Of a DNA stretch of 64,000 bases, positions 40,801 to 51,244 are shown piece by piece. Position 1 is the first letter of the stretch. Every line of letters begins with the position of its first letter. Source of the DNA: Camelus dromedarius (Eukaryota). Under the pieces are notes generated by a model. The model was given only the letters and a program-made list of their open reading frames with translations. It did not search any database and was not told the DNA's origin. Where the stretch lies: contig NC_087436.1 in assembly GCF_036321535.1 (NCBI RefSeq), positions 84,818,001-84,882,000 of the forward strand. The letters are read 5' to 3'. Position numbers and translations under genes: made by a program.

Positions 40801-43800
40801 ACCCAGGCTGTCAGACTCCAGAGTTGTGTTCTTAACCACTACACCTACACTCTACACAAAAATACACTTACAAGGATATTCATCTCAGAATTGTTTAAAA
40901 TAAGCAAAGATTGGAAAATTAAAAACAAATGATTAGTTGAATAAATTATAGCATATCCAGTACAATGGAATACTATGGTGCCATTAAAAGTAATGTTGGG
41001 GTAAGTATTTAATAACATGGAAAATGTTCATGATACATTATATGAAAAAATATGTTAGGAAACAATGTAAATTTCTTTATTTACAAAAAGTACTTCAATA
41101 TGCATAGAAAAAAGACTAAATAATACCTAACAAAATGTTAACAGTAGTTACCTCGGAGGATTAGTTTATAAGCAATTTTCACTTAATTTATGCATCAATT
41201 GTCTATAATAAACAAGCATTACTTAGGTGATAAGAAAAATTATTTTATAATTCCTTTACAAAAAAGATAATTCAGAGCTTTAATTACTTTAAACAATGCC
41301 AAATTATATATTCACTTATACATACACTTGACTTTACATGTACATTTTAACTTTACCTTCCAAAAGTTGTGAGCTAACATTGACAAAATCAATTTTCTTC
41401 CGGAGATATCGTTGATTCAATTTCCAAATGCATGAAATAAATGCATTCTTTTCAGCAGTGCTGCTGGCAACCCATTTATATATTTTTTCAAAATGTAAAT
41501 CAAATTCAGGGTTTTCCTGAAATAAAAATATATAAAAGATATTGTTTTTGATCACACCCCCTTTTTATTATTGTAAAATTGACATTTCAATAAAACAAAA
41601 AGAAGTTAAAGCTGTTCTTGAAAAAGAAAAATCACCATTAAAAATCAGCTAAGTGACTTGCGGAGAATGGTTCAGAGAATTAAATTTATAGCAAAAACTT
41701 TGTTTATCTCCCCCAAAAATCTGGATAAAAAAATACAGTGTTCTGCTAATTTCCTTTCTATGTCCCTTAGGTGTATGAGTGAAGGTATAGGATGTCTACT
41801 TAATGGCTGTGTCTCAGGTTCCTAGTTTATAAGACGACAGTGGTCTCCAGTTTTGATTTGGATCTAATTTTTCTTTTTAAGTTGCCTACAGGGTTTTAGA
41901 GTTACACTTTGTCTTTAACAATGTGCTATTATTCATAACTGTGATTTGATATTAATTCCTTGATAAAATATATATCTTTTCATTGTAACACATGAGAAAA
42001 AAATAGTCTATATCCTTGTGTGGTTTCCTAGAACAAATGAGGTGGAAAGTAGGGACTGCTCCTGTTTTCAATTCTGAAAATATAGAATGATTAAAGGTGT
42101 CTTAAAAGTCAAAAATCCTAGTGGCCTGAAGGTCCTTTCAAATGAAAAATTAGTTCAGCTGACGTGAGAGAACTGCATTATATTCTCTACATGTCTCTTA
42201 AGCCACATTACAGAGGTAATCTCAAGCCCTGATATTCCCCCTTAAATGCAGAACTACTTGACTGCTATATAAAAAATGAAGACATATAGACACATAATTT
42301 TCTTCATATCCAAGGAATTAAAAAACCGGTCCTTAATGTTCTACAGAAGACTAATAACATATTCAATTAATTTAAAGTGTTATTTAGGGGAAATAAAATG
42401 CAAATAAAGACCATAGAGACAAGGGAAGTTACATCAGACTTCCATTGTGAAGACCGGGATAATTTAGGGATGGAGACTTGACCTAAGGTACAATCATATT
42501 ACAGAAGCATGGATGTACTAACTAATTTATAGCTCAATAAGCAGAACTGAAGTGTCAAAAGATTAAAAACCTGCATTAACAATGAAAAGGTAATTGCATT
42601 AGTGCTTATAAGGAAATCTAAGAGTCTTGGCAACTAATACGAAACTTGATGGGAAATGATCTCTTCCCTGGGAATACTTCCCAAAATGCCATAAAAGAGG
42701 CTGAGTGCTCCAGTGGCAACACTCACACAAATCAATGTGTGATGCTAAATGGCTGTTAGGCTACGTATAAAAATTTTATGTTTTATATCCATTTATAGCG
42801 TACACACACCAAGGTGCCTGCATAAAATGAAAAAAAAAATCCATTAAGCAAGTCAGCAATGAGGCATCAGCTGTGAAGAAAGCATTCAAATGAGCATTTA
42901 GCAATGTGAGTGAATTACACAAGTCAATGGGTTACAAGTGTGAAACTATTGAAGAGAAAAAGGCTTTTTAAGAAAGGCGAGTTTCTAAAAAGCCCTGAAA
43001 GTATTTTCTCTTAAACAGAAAATCTCTGCTCTTGATCTTTCCCATGATAACAGAAATTATTTATTAAATAAGTTGTTAAAGTGGTTTTTAAAAAAAATCT
43101 CATTTTAATGTTCTTTCCAAATGCATGTGCACCCACACTTAAAGCACCTGTTGGACCCTGTTTTCCATATCTCACATTTTTGTAAAAATTGGGTGCTCTT
43201 TAGGGAGAAAGTCAAGACCCAGTTTGCCTAAAATACTTAAAGAAAAGGATCTACACTTGGAATTCTCTATACTTGGAAGAAATCTGAACTCTACAGATAT
43301 GCAGGACTCTCCTAAAGTTGTTTTTGCTTCATTAAAAAATTTTTTTGCATTTGACAAAACTGCCTCTCATTTTGTCCAGCTTTTAGTTCCTCAGAGGTTT
43401 GTACCAGGGTAAGGATAAAATCAGACTTTTATCAGACTGCTCTACAAAGGCAGTTTCATTTCTCTGTGCCTTTTAAATAAATGTATAAGACATGTAGAGT
43501 TAAATCAAAGGGCACCTGTAGTGACAGCACCGTAAGCCTTGCTATCAGCCCCATCAACAGGATAAGCAGATGTGGTACAAAGCATTCCCTAGAGTTCTGG
43601 GGGTGCCTCTGGGTTGCAGAGGAAGATCAGGGGCAGCGTCAGAGAGGCTGAAGAGAGAAGCACCCAGTTTAACCCCAGGAACTCTACTTGATTTCTTTTA
43701 AAAAGGGGTATTGCTGTGAAAAGCCTTGAACGGTCAGGAATAAAGGTGGTCCTTTATCACAATCATCACATGATGCAACTTCCTTGAAGTTCGAGTGTTA

Positions 43801-45383
43801 CTTAGGTGAAAGGTGGAAGATTATATTCTTACGTCTCATTCTTTAAATTCCTGAAAATAAGGTGTGTAACTCACCATCATTCCTATTACTTGAGCCACAA
43901 GATTCAAACCGTGGCTTCAAAGGGCCAGTATGGCTGCCTCAGCTGGTGACTCTTCATTGATTTGTGAGTCCTACCCAAGGAAGGTTCACTCTGGTTATAG
44001 TTATGTGATTTTGAACCAGGTTTTACCAAAACAATGATTTTTGAAAAAACTACTCATACAACACACCACTTTAAAATCCATGCTAGTGTATACTAAGGAT
44101 ACCAAACCTAAATAAAGAAACATACAGGGTCAAGGTTATTTCACTCTAGTTTGTGTAGCTTGTGAACAAACATAATTGTAGTTCAAAACAAAGCACAGAC
44201 AATGAAACAAGCTTAGCTATGTACTTATTTTTAGTAGTCTGAGAGGGAGGAATGGAGAATGGATGGTTGGACAATACACTTTAGATAATTATTGGTTATG
44301 TGGAGACCCACTGGGTTAAGAACAAGTTTAGATCACCTTAAAAGACATCATACTATGTTATAAAATGAAAGATGCTTTCTGAACAGAGGTCAAAGAACTC
44401 AGAAAAACATACTTTAATGGCATCCTTGGCATCTACCACAGCAAGGTCTCGAAGGGTCCAGGCAATCTGCCTTTTGTAGAAATCTCCTTTATCAGATTTC
44501 TTGACTTTGACCACCTTCACCTGCACAGGGCGTTCAGTTGTCACTGTTGAATAAAACACACATTTTCATTAGAAACATTATTCATTTACTCATGCTTCAT
44601 TTATTCATTCACCCATTGCAAATATAGCTGTCAGGTGCCTGTACGTGATACTAAAACTGGAATAATGTTTCAAAACAAACGCTATGATTGAGGAATACAC
44701 AGAATACAATGGAAGAATCTAAATCAGACTATAGAGTGTCAGAGGCAGATTCCTTGAAAAGTTAAACTCTTAAAACTCAACAATAAGAAAAAAATTTGGG
44801 CCAAAGTCACAAATGAATACATGCGCTACAATTCAATTTACGTAAAGTTCAAAGACATGCAAATCTAACAATGTATTATTCAAGGTTACAAATAAATGTG
44901 ATAAAATGATAAAGAAAAGCAAGGAAATACTAAAGTTTTGGATACTAATTACCTCTTAATGAGGGAGGGAGGGGAATGGGATCAGGGCGGGGCATACAGG
45001 ACACTTCAGAAGTCACGGCAGTATTCTTATCCTGGGTGATGGGTACACAAGTGTCCACACCTTATACATATATTACAGAAATGCTTTTGTATCTACTTAA
45101 GATTTAATTAAAGATAATTGAAAAAGATGAATTTGTTGGCCCAACAGTTTTTCCAATGATAGAGACAATGAGAATATTTTAAGTAACAAGAAAATGTCCC
45201 CTAGGGAATAAAAGAACAAAAAAATGCCAAACAAGAACTTTTCTTTACTAAATACCCACCTGTGGCACACAAAAAACAGTTCTTTTTCTTTTTCCCTGCT
45301 TTGCAGACATTGACAATACTCAGCAGGCGTTCGTCATTTGGAGTAAAAATGTCTCTTTGTAATGCATGCTTGATTGCTGTCAT
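4681..45383 (-). CDS. EXOC1: Exocyst complex component 1 (Sec3), complete spliced CDS of 18 coding exons, 894 aa
   Basis: Exon translations run from [20 protein letters not shown] to [12 protein letters not shown] and match recalled mammalian EXOC1. All junctions are GT-AG with consistent phases. Exon lengths sum to 2685 nt. Confidence 0.98.
4930..5165 (+). mobile_element. MIR SINE
   Basis: ctctgtgcctcaagttcctcatctgtaaactgggataat core; aaagtgctcagaacagtg. Confidence 0.8.
5880..6175. mobile_element. Two MIR fragments in opposite orientation
   Basis: ttttctcatgtataaaatgg followed by aaactgaggctcagagaagttaagtaacttgccc. Confidence 0.65.
6486..6680 (-). CDS. EXOC1: EXOC1 exon 18 (195 nt)
   Basis: cttgaag|[14 protein letters not shown]|gtatgc. 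Confidence 0.96.
6730..8200 (-). mobile_element. Highly decayed ancient L1ME-like fragments
   Basis: ttttaatggctgcataatattctat, caaattgcttcccagaaaagtt. Confidence 0.5.
8495..8695 (+). mobile_element. MIR SINE
   Basis: agtttcttcatttgtaaaatggggatag..agcagtgtcttggcaca. Confidence 0.7.
8831..9030 (-). CDS. EXOC1: EXOC1 exon 17 (200 nt)
   Basis: ctttag|TG GAG AAA ... [14 protein letters not shown]|gtaagt. Confidence 0.96.
9245..10270 (+). mobile_element. Ancient L1ME-like fragment interrupted by a young L1 stub at 9558-9613
   Basis: ttttcaaatcagtggggaaatgatg, gtataacctttctg..ggcaatttggca. Confidence 0.55.
10723..10894 (+). mobile_element. Short young L1 3' end (about 170 bp) with TSD
   Basis: gctgtacaccagaaattgacac..ttgtaaactgactg..tcaataaaa; flanks aaaaatatgaatttca / aaaaaaacgaatttca. 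Confidence 0.8.
11133..11316 (-). CDS. EXOC1: EXOC1 exon 16 (184 nt)
   Basis: ccttag|[17 protein letters not shown]|gtaagc. Confidence 0.96.
12168..12680 (+). mobile_element. Internal L1 ORF2 (RT-region) fragment
   Basis: ttattcaacatagtattggaa..ttatttgcagatgacatgatactatat (LFADDMILY motif). Confidence 0.85.
14480..14708 (-). CDS. EXOC1: EXOC1 exon 15 (229 nt)
   Basis: gaacag|[15 protein letters not shown]|gtaagt. Confidence 0.96.
15236..15312 (-). CDS. EXOC1: EXOC1 exon 14 (77 nt)
   Basis: ttgcag|[16 protein letters not shown]|gtatgt. Confidence 0.94.
16487..16594 (-). CDS. EXOC1: EXOC1 exon 13 (108 nt)
   Basis: cttcag|[15 protein letters not shown]|gtatgg. Confidence 0.96.
17179..17342 (-). 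CDS. EXOC1: EXOC1 exon 12 (164 nt)
   Basis: tcttag|GT CTT CAT ... [14 protein letters not shown]|gtaaaa. Confidence 0.96.
18139..18183 (-). CDS. EXOC1: EXOC1 exon 11, 45-nt cassette exon ([15 protein letters not shown])
   Basis: tcacag|CT ACA CTG ... GAG A|gtgagt. Phase 1-1; needed to reach 894 aa. Confidence 0.93.
19735..19930 (+). mobile_element. tRNA-derived SINE (Vic-1-like) with expanded (AATAG)n/(AAATT)n/(AAAAT)n tail
   Basis: ggggaggaggtggtagagtgcatgcttagcatgtcctgggttcaatccccagtac followed by a pentamer-repeat tail. Confidence 0.85.
22133..22265 (+). mobile_element. Short MER2-like TcMar-Tigger MITE
   Basis: ta|cagttgtcccttggtatcc..ttccaggacc..aaaatccgtggatgctcaagtccc..gctgacta|ta. 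Confidence 0.7.
22513..22618 (-). CDS. EXOC1: EXOC1 exon 10 (106 nt)
   Basis: tttaag|[14 protein letters not shown]|gtaagc. Confidence 0.96.
25560..26130 (+). mobile_element. L2 3' fragment
   Basis: gtcaaatccttaca..; ends aggtgctcaattcatttgctgagtgaat. Confidence 0.6.
27322..27471 (-). CDS. EXOC1: EXOC1 exon 9 (150 nt)
   Basis: ctctag|[16 protein letters not shown]|gtatgg. Confidence 0.96.
29222..31591 (+). mobile_element. Near full-length Tigger1 DNA transposon (decayed transposase)
   Basis: TA|caagcatatctc ... ccaaggtatcctg|TA termini, about 2.37 kb; [10 protein letters not shown] pogo DDE-region motif at about 30178. Confidence 0.9.
32738..32791 (-). CDS. EXOC1: EXOC1 candidate alternative 54-nt cassette exon ([18 protein letters not shown])
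   Basis: tttctgatcag|TTT ACT ... GTG CCT|gtgagt. Phase 0-0 fits between exons 8 and 9, frame is open, donor is strong. Confidence 0.7.
33614..33723 (-). CDS. EXOC1: EXOC1 exon 8 (110 nt)
   Basis: tttcag|GC CAT GAC ... [20 protein letters not shown]|gtaatt. Confidence 0.95.
33892..34068 (+). mobile_element. MER5A-like hAT-Charlie element
   Basis: cagtgtttctcaaa..cagcatcacccgggaactgttagaaatg..ggtgattctgatgca..tttggaaccactg. Confidence 0.8.
34359..34491 (-). CDS. EXOC1: EXOC1 exon 7 (133 nt)
   Basis: ttccag|[14 protein letters not shown]|gtatgt. Confidence 0.96.
34703..34930 (-). CDS. EXOC1: EXOC1 exon 6 (228 nt)
   Basis: ttgtag|[18 protein letters not shown]|gtaagt. Confidence 0.96.
36742..36929 (-). 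CDS. EXOC1: EXOC1 exon 5 (188 nt)
   Basis: ctctaag|AA TCT GTT ... [14 protein letters not shown]|gtaagc. Confidence 0.96.
38148..38161 (+). promoter_or_regulatory. CTCF-like motif TCACTAGAGGGCAG
   Basis: Matches the CCASYAGRKGGCRS core except at the first base. Confidence 0.45.
38443..38463 (-). CDS. EXOC1: EXOC1 alternative 21-nt microexon (inserts ELPKVTE)
   Basis: Long pyrimidine tract then ctccag|AACTGCCTAAAGTTACAGAAG|gtgcgt. Phase 1-1 matches flanking exons 4 and 5; no stop codon. Confidence 0.8.
40600..40845 (-). mobile_element. MIR inserted in an L1ME-like fragment (about 40470-41230)
   Basis: gaaactgaaacacagag..ccaaggtcatgtagctagtaagtgacaaagccaggatttaaacccagg. Confidence 0.7.
41357..41516 (-). 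CDS. EXOC1: EXOC1 exon 4 (160 nt)
   Basis: tttcag|[17 protein letters not shown]|gtaaag. Confidence 0.96.
44413..44543 (-). CDS. EXOC1: EXOC1 exon 3 (131 nt)
   Basis: caacag|TG ACA ACT ... [15 protein letters not shown]|gtatgt. Confidence 0.96.
45260..45383 (-). CDS. EXOC1: EXOC1 exon 2 coding part (124 nt; exon begins at 45393 with 10 nt of UTR)
   Basis: ttttcag|CTGAGTAAAG ATG ... MTAIK..CFLCAT, then G|gtgggt donor. Confidence 0.96.
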
Positions 45384-45659
45384 CTTTACTCAGCTGAAAA
45401 AATTCAGAGTATAGATATCAAACTCATTCTTAAAATCGTTCTATCTTACAGTATTCCATTTAAGATTAAAAAATGATCTTAGTTATGGCTAATGAGCATA
45501 GATGAATGATGTAATACATTAATACAGATACATCGCAAAAATAAAAAGCTGTATGTTTGGAAGAGAAATAAGAGAACCAGTGTTATTAAACTCTAAAATC
45601 TTTGGAAGTGCTTACCAAATATTATAATGTTAAAAAAAAAGATTTAAGAAAAAAATTAA

Positions 45660-46580
45660 AGAACCCATGCTCAATCTTTAAATATGAATTTCCTATATAA
45701 GAACTCTCACTAATTAACAATAAAAAGATAAAAAACCCAATTAAAAACTGAGCAAAGGATCTGAATAGACATTTCTCCATGGAAGACATACAAATGGCCA
45801 ATAAGCACATGGCAAGATGCTCAACATCATTTGCCACTAGGGAAACGCAAATCAAAAACACAAGATACCTACCACTTTACACCTACTAGGATGGCTAAAA
45901 TTAAAAAGGCAAGTGCTGGTAAAGGTGCAGAGAGAAAGGAACACTTGTATTTTGCTGGTGACTGTTAAATGATGCAGCCACTTTGGAAAAGTTTGATGGT
46001 TTCTCAAAAACTTAAACATGGAATCATCATATGATTGAGAAATTCCACTCCTAGGTATATATTCAAGAGAAATGAAAACATATGTCCACACAAAAATGTG
46101 TACGTAAATATTCACAATAGCATGATTCATAATAGCCAAAAAGTTGAAACAACTCAAATGTCCTGAGGAACAGCAAAATGAAATATATCTATACAGTGGA
46201 ATATTATTTGGCCATAAAAAGGAACAAAGGGTTGATACACACTACAACATTGATGAGTCCTGAAAACATTACACTAACTGAAAGAAGCCAGTTACAAAGG
46301 ACCACATGCTTTATGACTTCATTTATATGAAATGTCTACAGTAGACAAATCCATACAGACAGAATCATTTGTGGTTGCCAGTGGCTGGGGGAAGGAAGAT
46401 TGGGGAGTGACTGCTAATGGGAATGGGTTTTCTTTTTTGGGGTGATGAAAATGTCCTTGCATTAGACAGCAGTGATGACTGTATAACCTTGTGAATATTC
46501 TTAAAAAAACCACTGACTTATATACTTGAAAAGGGTGAATTTTCTGGTATATTACTTACATTGCAATAAAGCTGTTATAA
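45660..46580 (+). mobile_element. L1MB-like 3' end
   Basis: gcaaaggatctgaatagacatttctcc..caaatggccaataagcacatg; 3' UTR ggggtgatgaaaatgtcc..caataaagctgtt. Confidence 0.85.
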
Positions 46581-46899
46581 GAAAATGGGTTTCCACTTGT
46601 CTCCTTTTCCTCACCTAATTCAATGTTTTTTTCCAAATATCAACTTAAGTTAAATATTTCCAAAAAAATCTTTCAATTTTATTTTTTGAATATACTGTAT
46701 AGATATTTGTGTGTGTGTATATATATATTTTTTTCCAATGCAAGTGAATAGTATTTCATACATGTGAGGTTGCTGAAGAAATTTACTTCTAACACTGTTC
46801 TTATGGAAAATGAAGAAATTATGAGTTTTAAATAAATGACAGAATGAATTTTTATAACACAATGACATTTTTGTAAACTAGGCATCTCCTATGTTTTAC

Positions 46900-47950
46900 T
46901 CAATCATTAAAACTTTTATCTCTGCTGCAATTCAAAAAAATTGCTTTCCTCACAAAAATCCCATCTTCCCACTTCCATCCCTCTTTCATTTCATCTCAGC
47001 CTCTGGTCCTCTGACCTCCCCCTCCTTCTTGTTCTCAGTCCATGTGGCCTCTCCAAGCTTAATTTCTTTTCCACCTTAGCCTGGAAGCAGTGTTCATTTC
47101 CCTACACCCACACTAGCCCCTTCAAGGGTATTACTCCTGTAGACCAGTTCAGCCTGTTCATCGGTCTCCATAAACTGTATTTTCCTCCACTTCTCTTGGG
47201 CTACCATATGCCACATAAGAAGGCCTCACATCCATTTTCATTGTCTTCATTACAAATATTTAAATCCAATCAAAGTTAAGCTTTCAATGTTGCTCAGCAA
47301 TTCTTTAATGTTTCCTTTGATGATTCCTTCTCTACTCCCCATCGGTGTTGCAAATCCTCATTTCTCTCCTTCAGCCCCCAGCTCTACTGTCAGCCTCCTC
47401 CACAAACAACTTCACCCTCTACCCTGCAGAGAATACAGAAGCATGAAGTACAAGTGTTCCCACCTGCTTTCTCCCTCATCTCTACATTGTTACCATCTTA
47501 ATCTCCATTTCACCTGTTATAAAATGTCCATGTTACCATCTCTTAATAAGTTCTAGGGCCTTCACACTTGTGCAAAAAGCTTGAATCTATCCTATGCCCA
47601 AGCCACACTGGATACTGGCCAGTTTGCTTTTGTCTCAGGCTTTTGTTCATGCAATTTCCTCTTCCTGAAATTCTTTTCTCCTTGGGAAATTCCAACTCAT
47701 CCTCAAGATCCTGCTAAAATGTCACCTCTGCTGTGAAGTAGTCACACACTTAAAAAAGATAATTTCTTTTCTACTTCTCTAAAATTTCCCTTCTACTCTG
47801 CTAATACAGCACTTACAAATCATATTGTTCAGCTAGTTGTAGTCTCTCTCCCATTCAAAGTATTTCCTTGCAGGCAAGAACCATATCTCATTCATCTTTG
47901 TATTTCTAGAACTTGGCAAAAACATAGTAGGCATTTAATAAATTAACCAA
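46900..47950 (+). mobile_element. Decayed L2 fragments
   Basis: C/T-rich body ending cttgcaggcaagaaccatatc..catagtaggcatttaataaat. Confidence 0.5.
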
Positions 47951-49269
47951 AATGACAGCAACAAAAAACATGAGAACTAAAGCATTCTATTAATTTCCCC
48001 TCAAGTTTCTGTTCCCACTGCCAACACACTAACCAGGTTCACATCAACTATATCTATTTAACATGACGGTATGTAGTTCTCTCTTTGCAAGCTTCCGCAA
48101 TCCTAAAACTCTGAACAATAATTTTAAAACATAGCTTTCATCACAATATGCTCTTACTCAACATTTTCCTAATGTTCCCAAATACAAACCCTCCACTCCC
48201 CAAGCCCTCTGTTCATTTTGGTCTTTGAACCTTTGCTTAGGTGCTTTTCTATGCAGGGAATATTACCTATCCAAACCCTAATTACACTCCATGGTTTATA
48301 TAAAGTTGATTTAATAAAGATCTTAATCCAAATTGATCCCTCTTAATTTCTATGGCACTTATTGCATTTACTAAACAATCAAGCAAATGCTGTCTAATTG
48401 GTTCATGAAACTACAGGTTCCTGGATCTCAAGAACTCTCTTGAAAGAGGGGGCTGCTGTAGGGCGGTGGCTTGGTGGTGTGGAGGGGGTTGTCCTAGCAG
48501 TTCTGTGTTTTTTCTTAGCAGGTACTTCCCAAAACCTCTTGAGGGCACAAGTTAAATGAATGACTAAATAGTAGCCAGCATCTACCACAGTCCCTCTTTG
48601 GTCCAATGCAAGGACTGACTGTATGGTAAGTGGTAAAACAAGAGAGAGGACTGGGCATAGCTCATTAAAGAGTTTGTCATAATGAAACGCACTATGTGAC
48701 CCTCCATTCGTTCAGCAAATATTGATGCCTACTAAGTACCAGGCACAGTTCTAGGTTACACTGGTGAATACGACAGGCATGTTCACAAAGACAGGATGAT
48801 CCACGCTCCAGTGGTACCTGCATTCTAAGGGTGCAGTGATTAACTCTCCACTCTTTACAGTACTTTTTGGTAAGCCAGTGAATAAATCATTAGAGATCCT
48901 CCAAAACTGTTTTCCAGGTTTAAGCACCCAAGTCCGACCACATTCCAGAGGCAGTCAGCCTCAATACTCGATGTTGGTTCTTATTTCCTTAAATTTAGCT
49001 GTATCATTACAGTGTGTGATAACTAACTTGTCAGTGGGAGTGCCGTGTCAGTGAGTGTTGGCTGGACTTCGTGTGCTATAGAGACATCTTAGCACGCGGA
49101 GCACTGTCCTCCAGAAGATAACACGGTGCAAGGAGACAGGGAAATTCACTTAAGAGATTGACAATAAAATGTGAAATTGAACAAAGAAGGGGAAGGCACT
49201 GCCACGCCCCTTCTCCTGGTCTATGCCAGAGTTAACTGATCTAGGCCAGTTTTTACAGTGAAATCTGGT

Positions 49270-49870
49270 TCCTATGGGCGGGACCGGAAAGGGATGTGAA
49301 AGGCTTGCCCTCCCAGCCCCCAGGACAGCAAGGGGTCGGGGGTGCTCCGCCCGGACTCTGCGTCTTACCCAGACAGGCAGGGAAGAGAAGGGGGCGCGAC
49401 GGCAGAGGCAGCGGTACCGACCCCGGCCACTGAGCCAGCAGCGGGACCGGGGAGCCGCCTCAGACCTCGGCGTCCACCTGTCCGCTCGTCTGTCCGCCGC
49501 CGCCAGGACTACGGGGCAGCCGCGGCTGAAGGCTTACCGCGAGGCCGGACTGAGCCCTGCCGTGCCGAGCCGGGTCCTCCTAGACCGAGACAGCATAGGG
49601 CTACGGCGGCCACCGCTCCTAGGATGCGCCCCACAATTGAGCAGCGATCGGGAAGCCGCGGTTCCGCCACCACTTCCCATATCCGGCCACGTGACAAGCC
49701 TCCGCGCCGGAAGTCCGCCGCGTAGAGAAGGAAGGAGACGCCGCTGGCCTGGACGAGGTTGGGGGGGCGGGGCAGGTCTCGCCCGAGGGGCGTGTCAAGG
49801 ACAGGCAGGGGCGGGGCCTCATCGCACCTAGCCTGCCTCCGACCTGGGAGCTCGGTGCTGCATCTTTCTT
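49270..49870 (-). promoter_or_regulatory. EXOC1: CpG-island promoter of EXOC1 with E-box GTCACGTG (49688-49695), ETS/GABP CCGGAAGT (49707-49714) and GC boxes (49764-49772, 49808-49816)
   Basis: Only GC/CpG-dense segment in the window, about 4 kb upstream of the ATG exon; motifs read directly from the sequence. Confidence 0.88.
49538..49690 (-). other. EXOC1: EXOC1 non-coding exon 1 (TSS approximate); donor CG|gtaagc at 49538, alternative donor GG|gtaaga at 49369
   Basis: Strong donor consensus sites inside the CpG island; exon 2 has only 10 nt of UTR. Confidence 0.65.
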
Positions 49871-51244
49871 TACGAGAGTTATTTATTCAGCTATTTTCAG
49901 CAACTCATTTAAGAAGCGATCCTGTTAAATGTTTTCTGTTGCACACGTAAAGCTCGGTTAACTCTAGATCCTTCCTACTTACAGTATGGAGAGTTTAAAT
50001 GAGGTAAATCAGAATCTCGGCGTAAGGGGAGGGTGTCCCAGACACTTTTAATATCTTCCGGGAAAGAGTCTAATATGCAGCTACGGTCGTGAACCACTGA
50101 TGTAGTGACGTTGATATTTTAAAATGTGGCCTGCAGACCAGCTGCTTGGGCATAATCTGGGGGCTCTTTGGAAAATGCAGCCTTTTCGGCTGGGAATCTA
50201 CCTCTTAACAAGGTGACGCCTATGTACTTTTAAGTTTGAGAAGTACAGATGATGCCAGTGTTGCTGGTTGCAAGGCAGTTGATTTATTGAGTACATATTC
50301 TTGGCACCTGTTTTATGCCAGACACTTTGATGGAGGTGCAGAGGTGATTCAAGCCTGAAGAAGTTCATGGTATGGAAGGGCGAAACAAGATATACATGCA
50401 AATGCATATAAAATAAGGCAAAATATGTGACCAAAGAGAGGTACAGGTCCGATAAATGTGCTGGTAATTCAAAGGAGCAATTTCTTTGCTGTGGCTCAAC
50501 ACAGTCCTTTGCAAGGGTTCTGCAGGGACCACTTCATGCAAGCATTCGAGAAACAGTACCACCTTAGTGCCGGCACCATGTTAGGTGCTGGAGGTACAAA
50601 GACAGGGATCTCATAAGAAGGGGGCACACTGTCACTGGGGAGACAGAATTAAATAGAAGGATGAATGACAGTCTAGTGTGGTAAACGAAACAACAAAAGT
50701 AAAAGAAAGAGATGACGTACTATGGGAATAATTCACTCTGTCAAGATGGATTCACTGAGAAAGGGGAAAATGAGCTGTGCAAAGTATCTTTCAGTGTTTA
50801 TCTGAAGAAATAATTTGGTGGAAAAAGCAGCAGAAATAGTAGGGAACTGTTTGCCTCTGAGATCAATATACTCTAGTCAATGCTACTTGATATGCTTTTC
50901 AGTTTCATTGACTTCCCTTTTAAAAACAGAATTTGACCTAATCTTTTCTTTACAAAGACCTCTTAGGTCCTTCCTGCTCAGTCCCAGAACACTTACTGTG
51001 GACAATCTTTATATCACAATTGCCTGTGCTATTTTGTCCTATTATCTTTTTTTTTTTTTCAAACCTGTATGTTTATAGCCCTTTTCAAAGTTGGGAAGTG
51101 AGTTGCTTTTCAGAGGCCCGGATTTCTTCCCTGAACTCCAAATTTGTGTGTCTATGGCCTCCCCAACATTTCCACTTGGATGTCTATTAGGCATCTCAAA
51201 CTTGTGTGTCTGAAAATTAAATTCTCTCTCCCCTCCCTTCCTGG

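Noticed and set aside
49274..49831. 185-aa plus-strand ORF and other overlapping ORFs in the CpG island
   Set aside because: Low-complexity Arg/Gly/Ala/Pro composition is expected from stop-poor GC-rich DNA; no recognisable protein.
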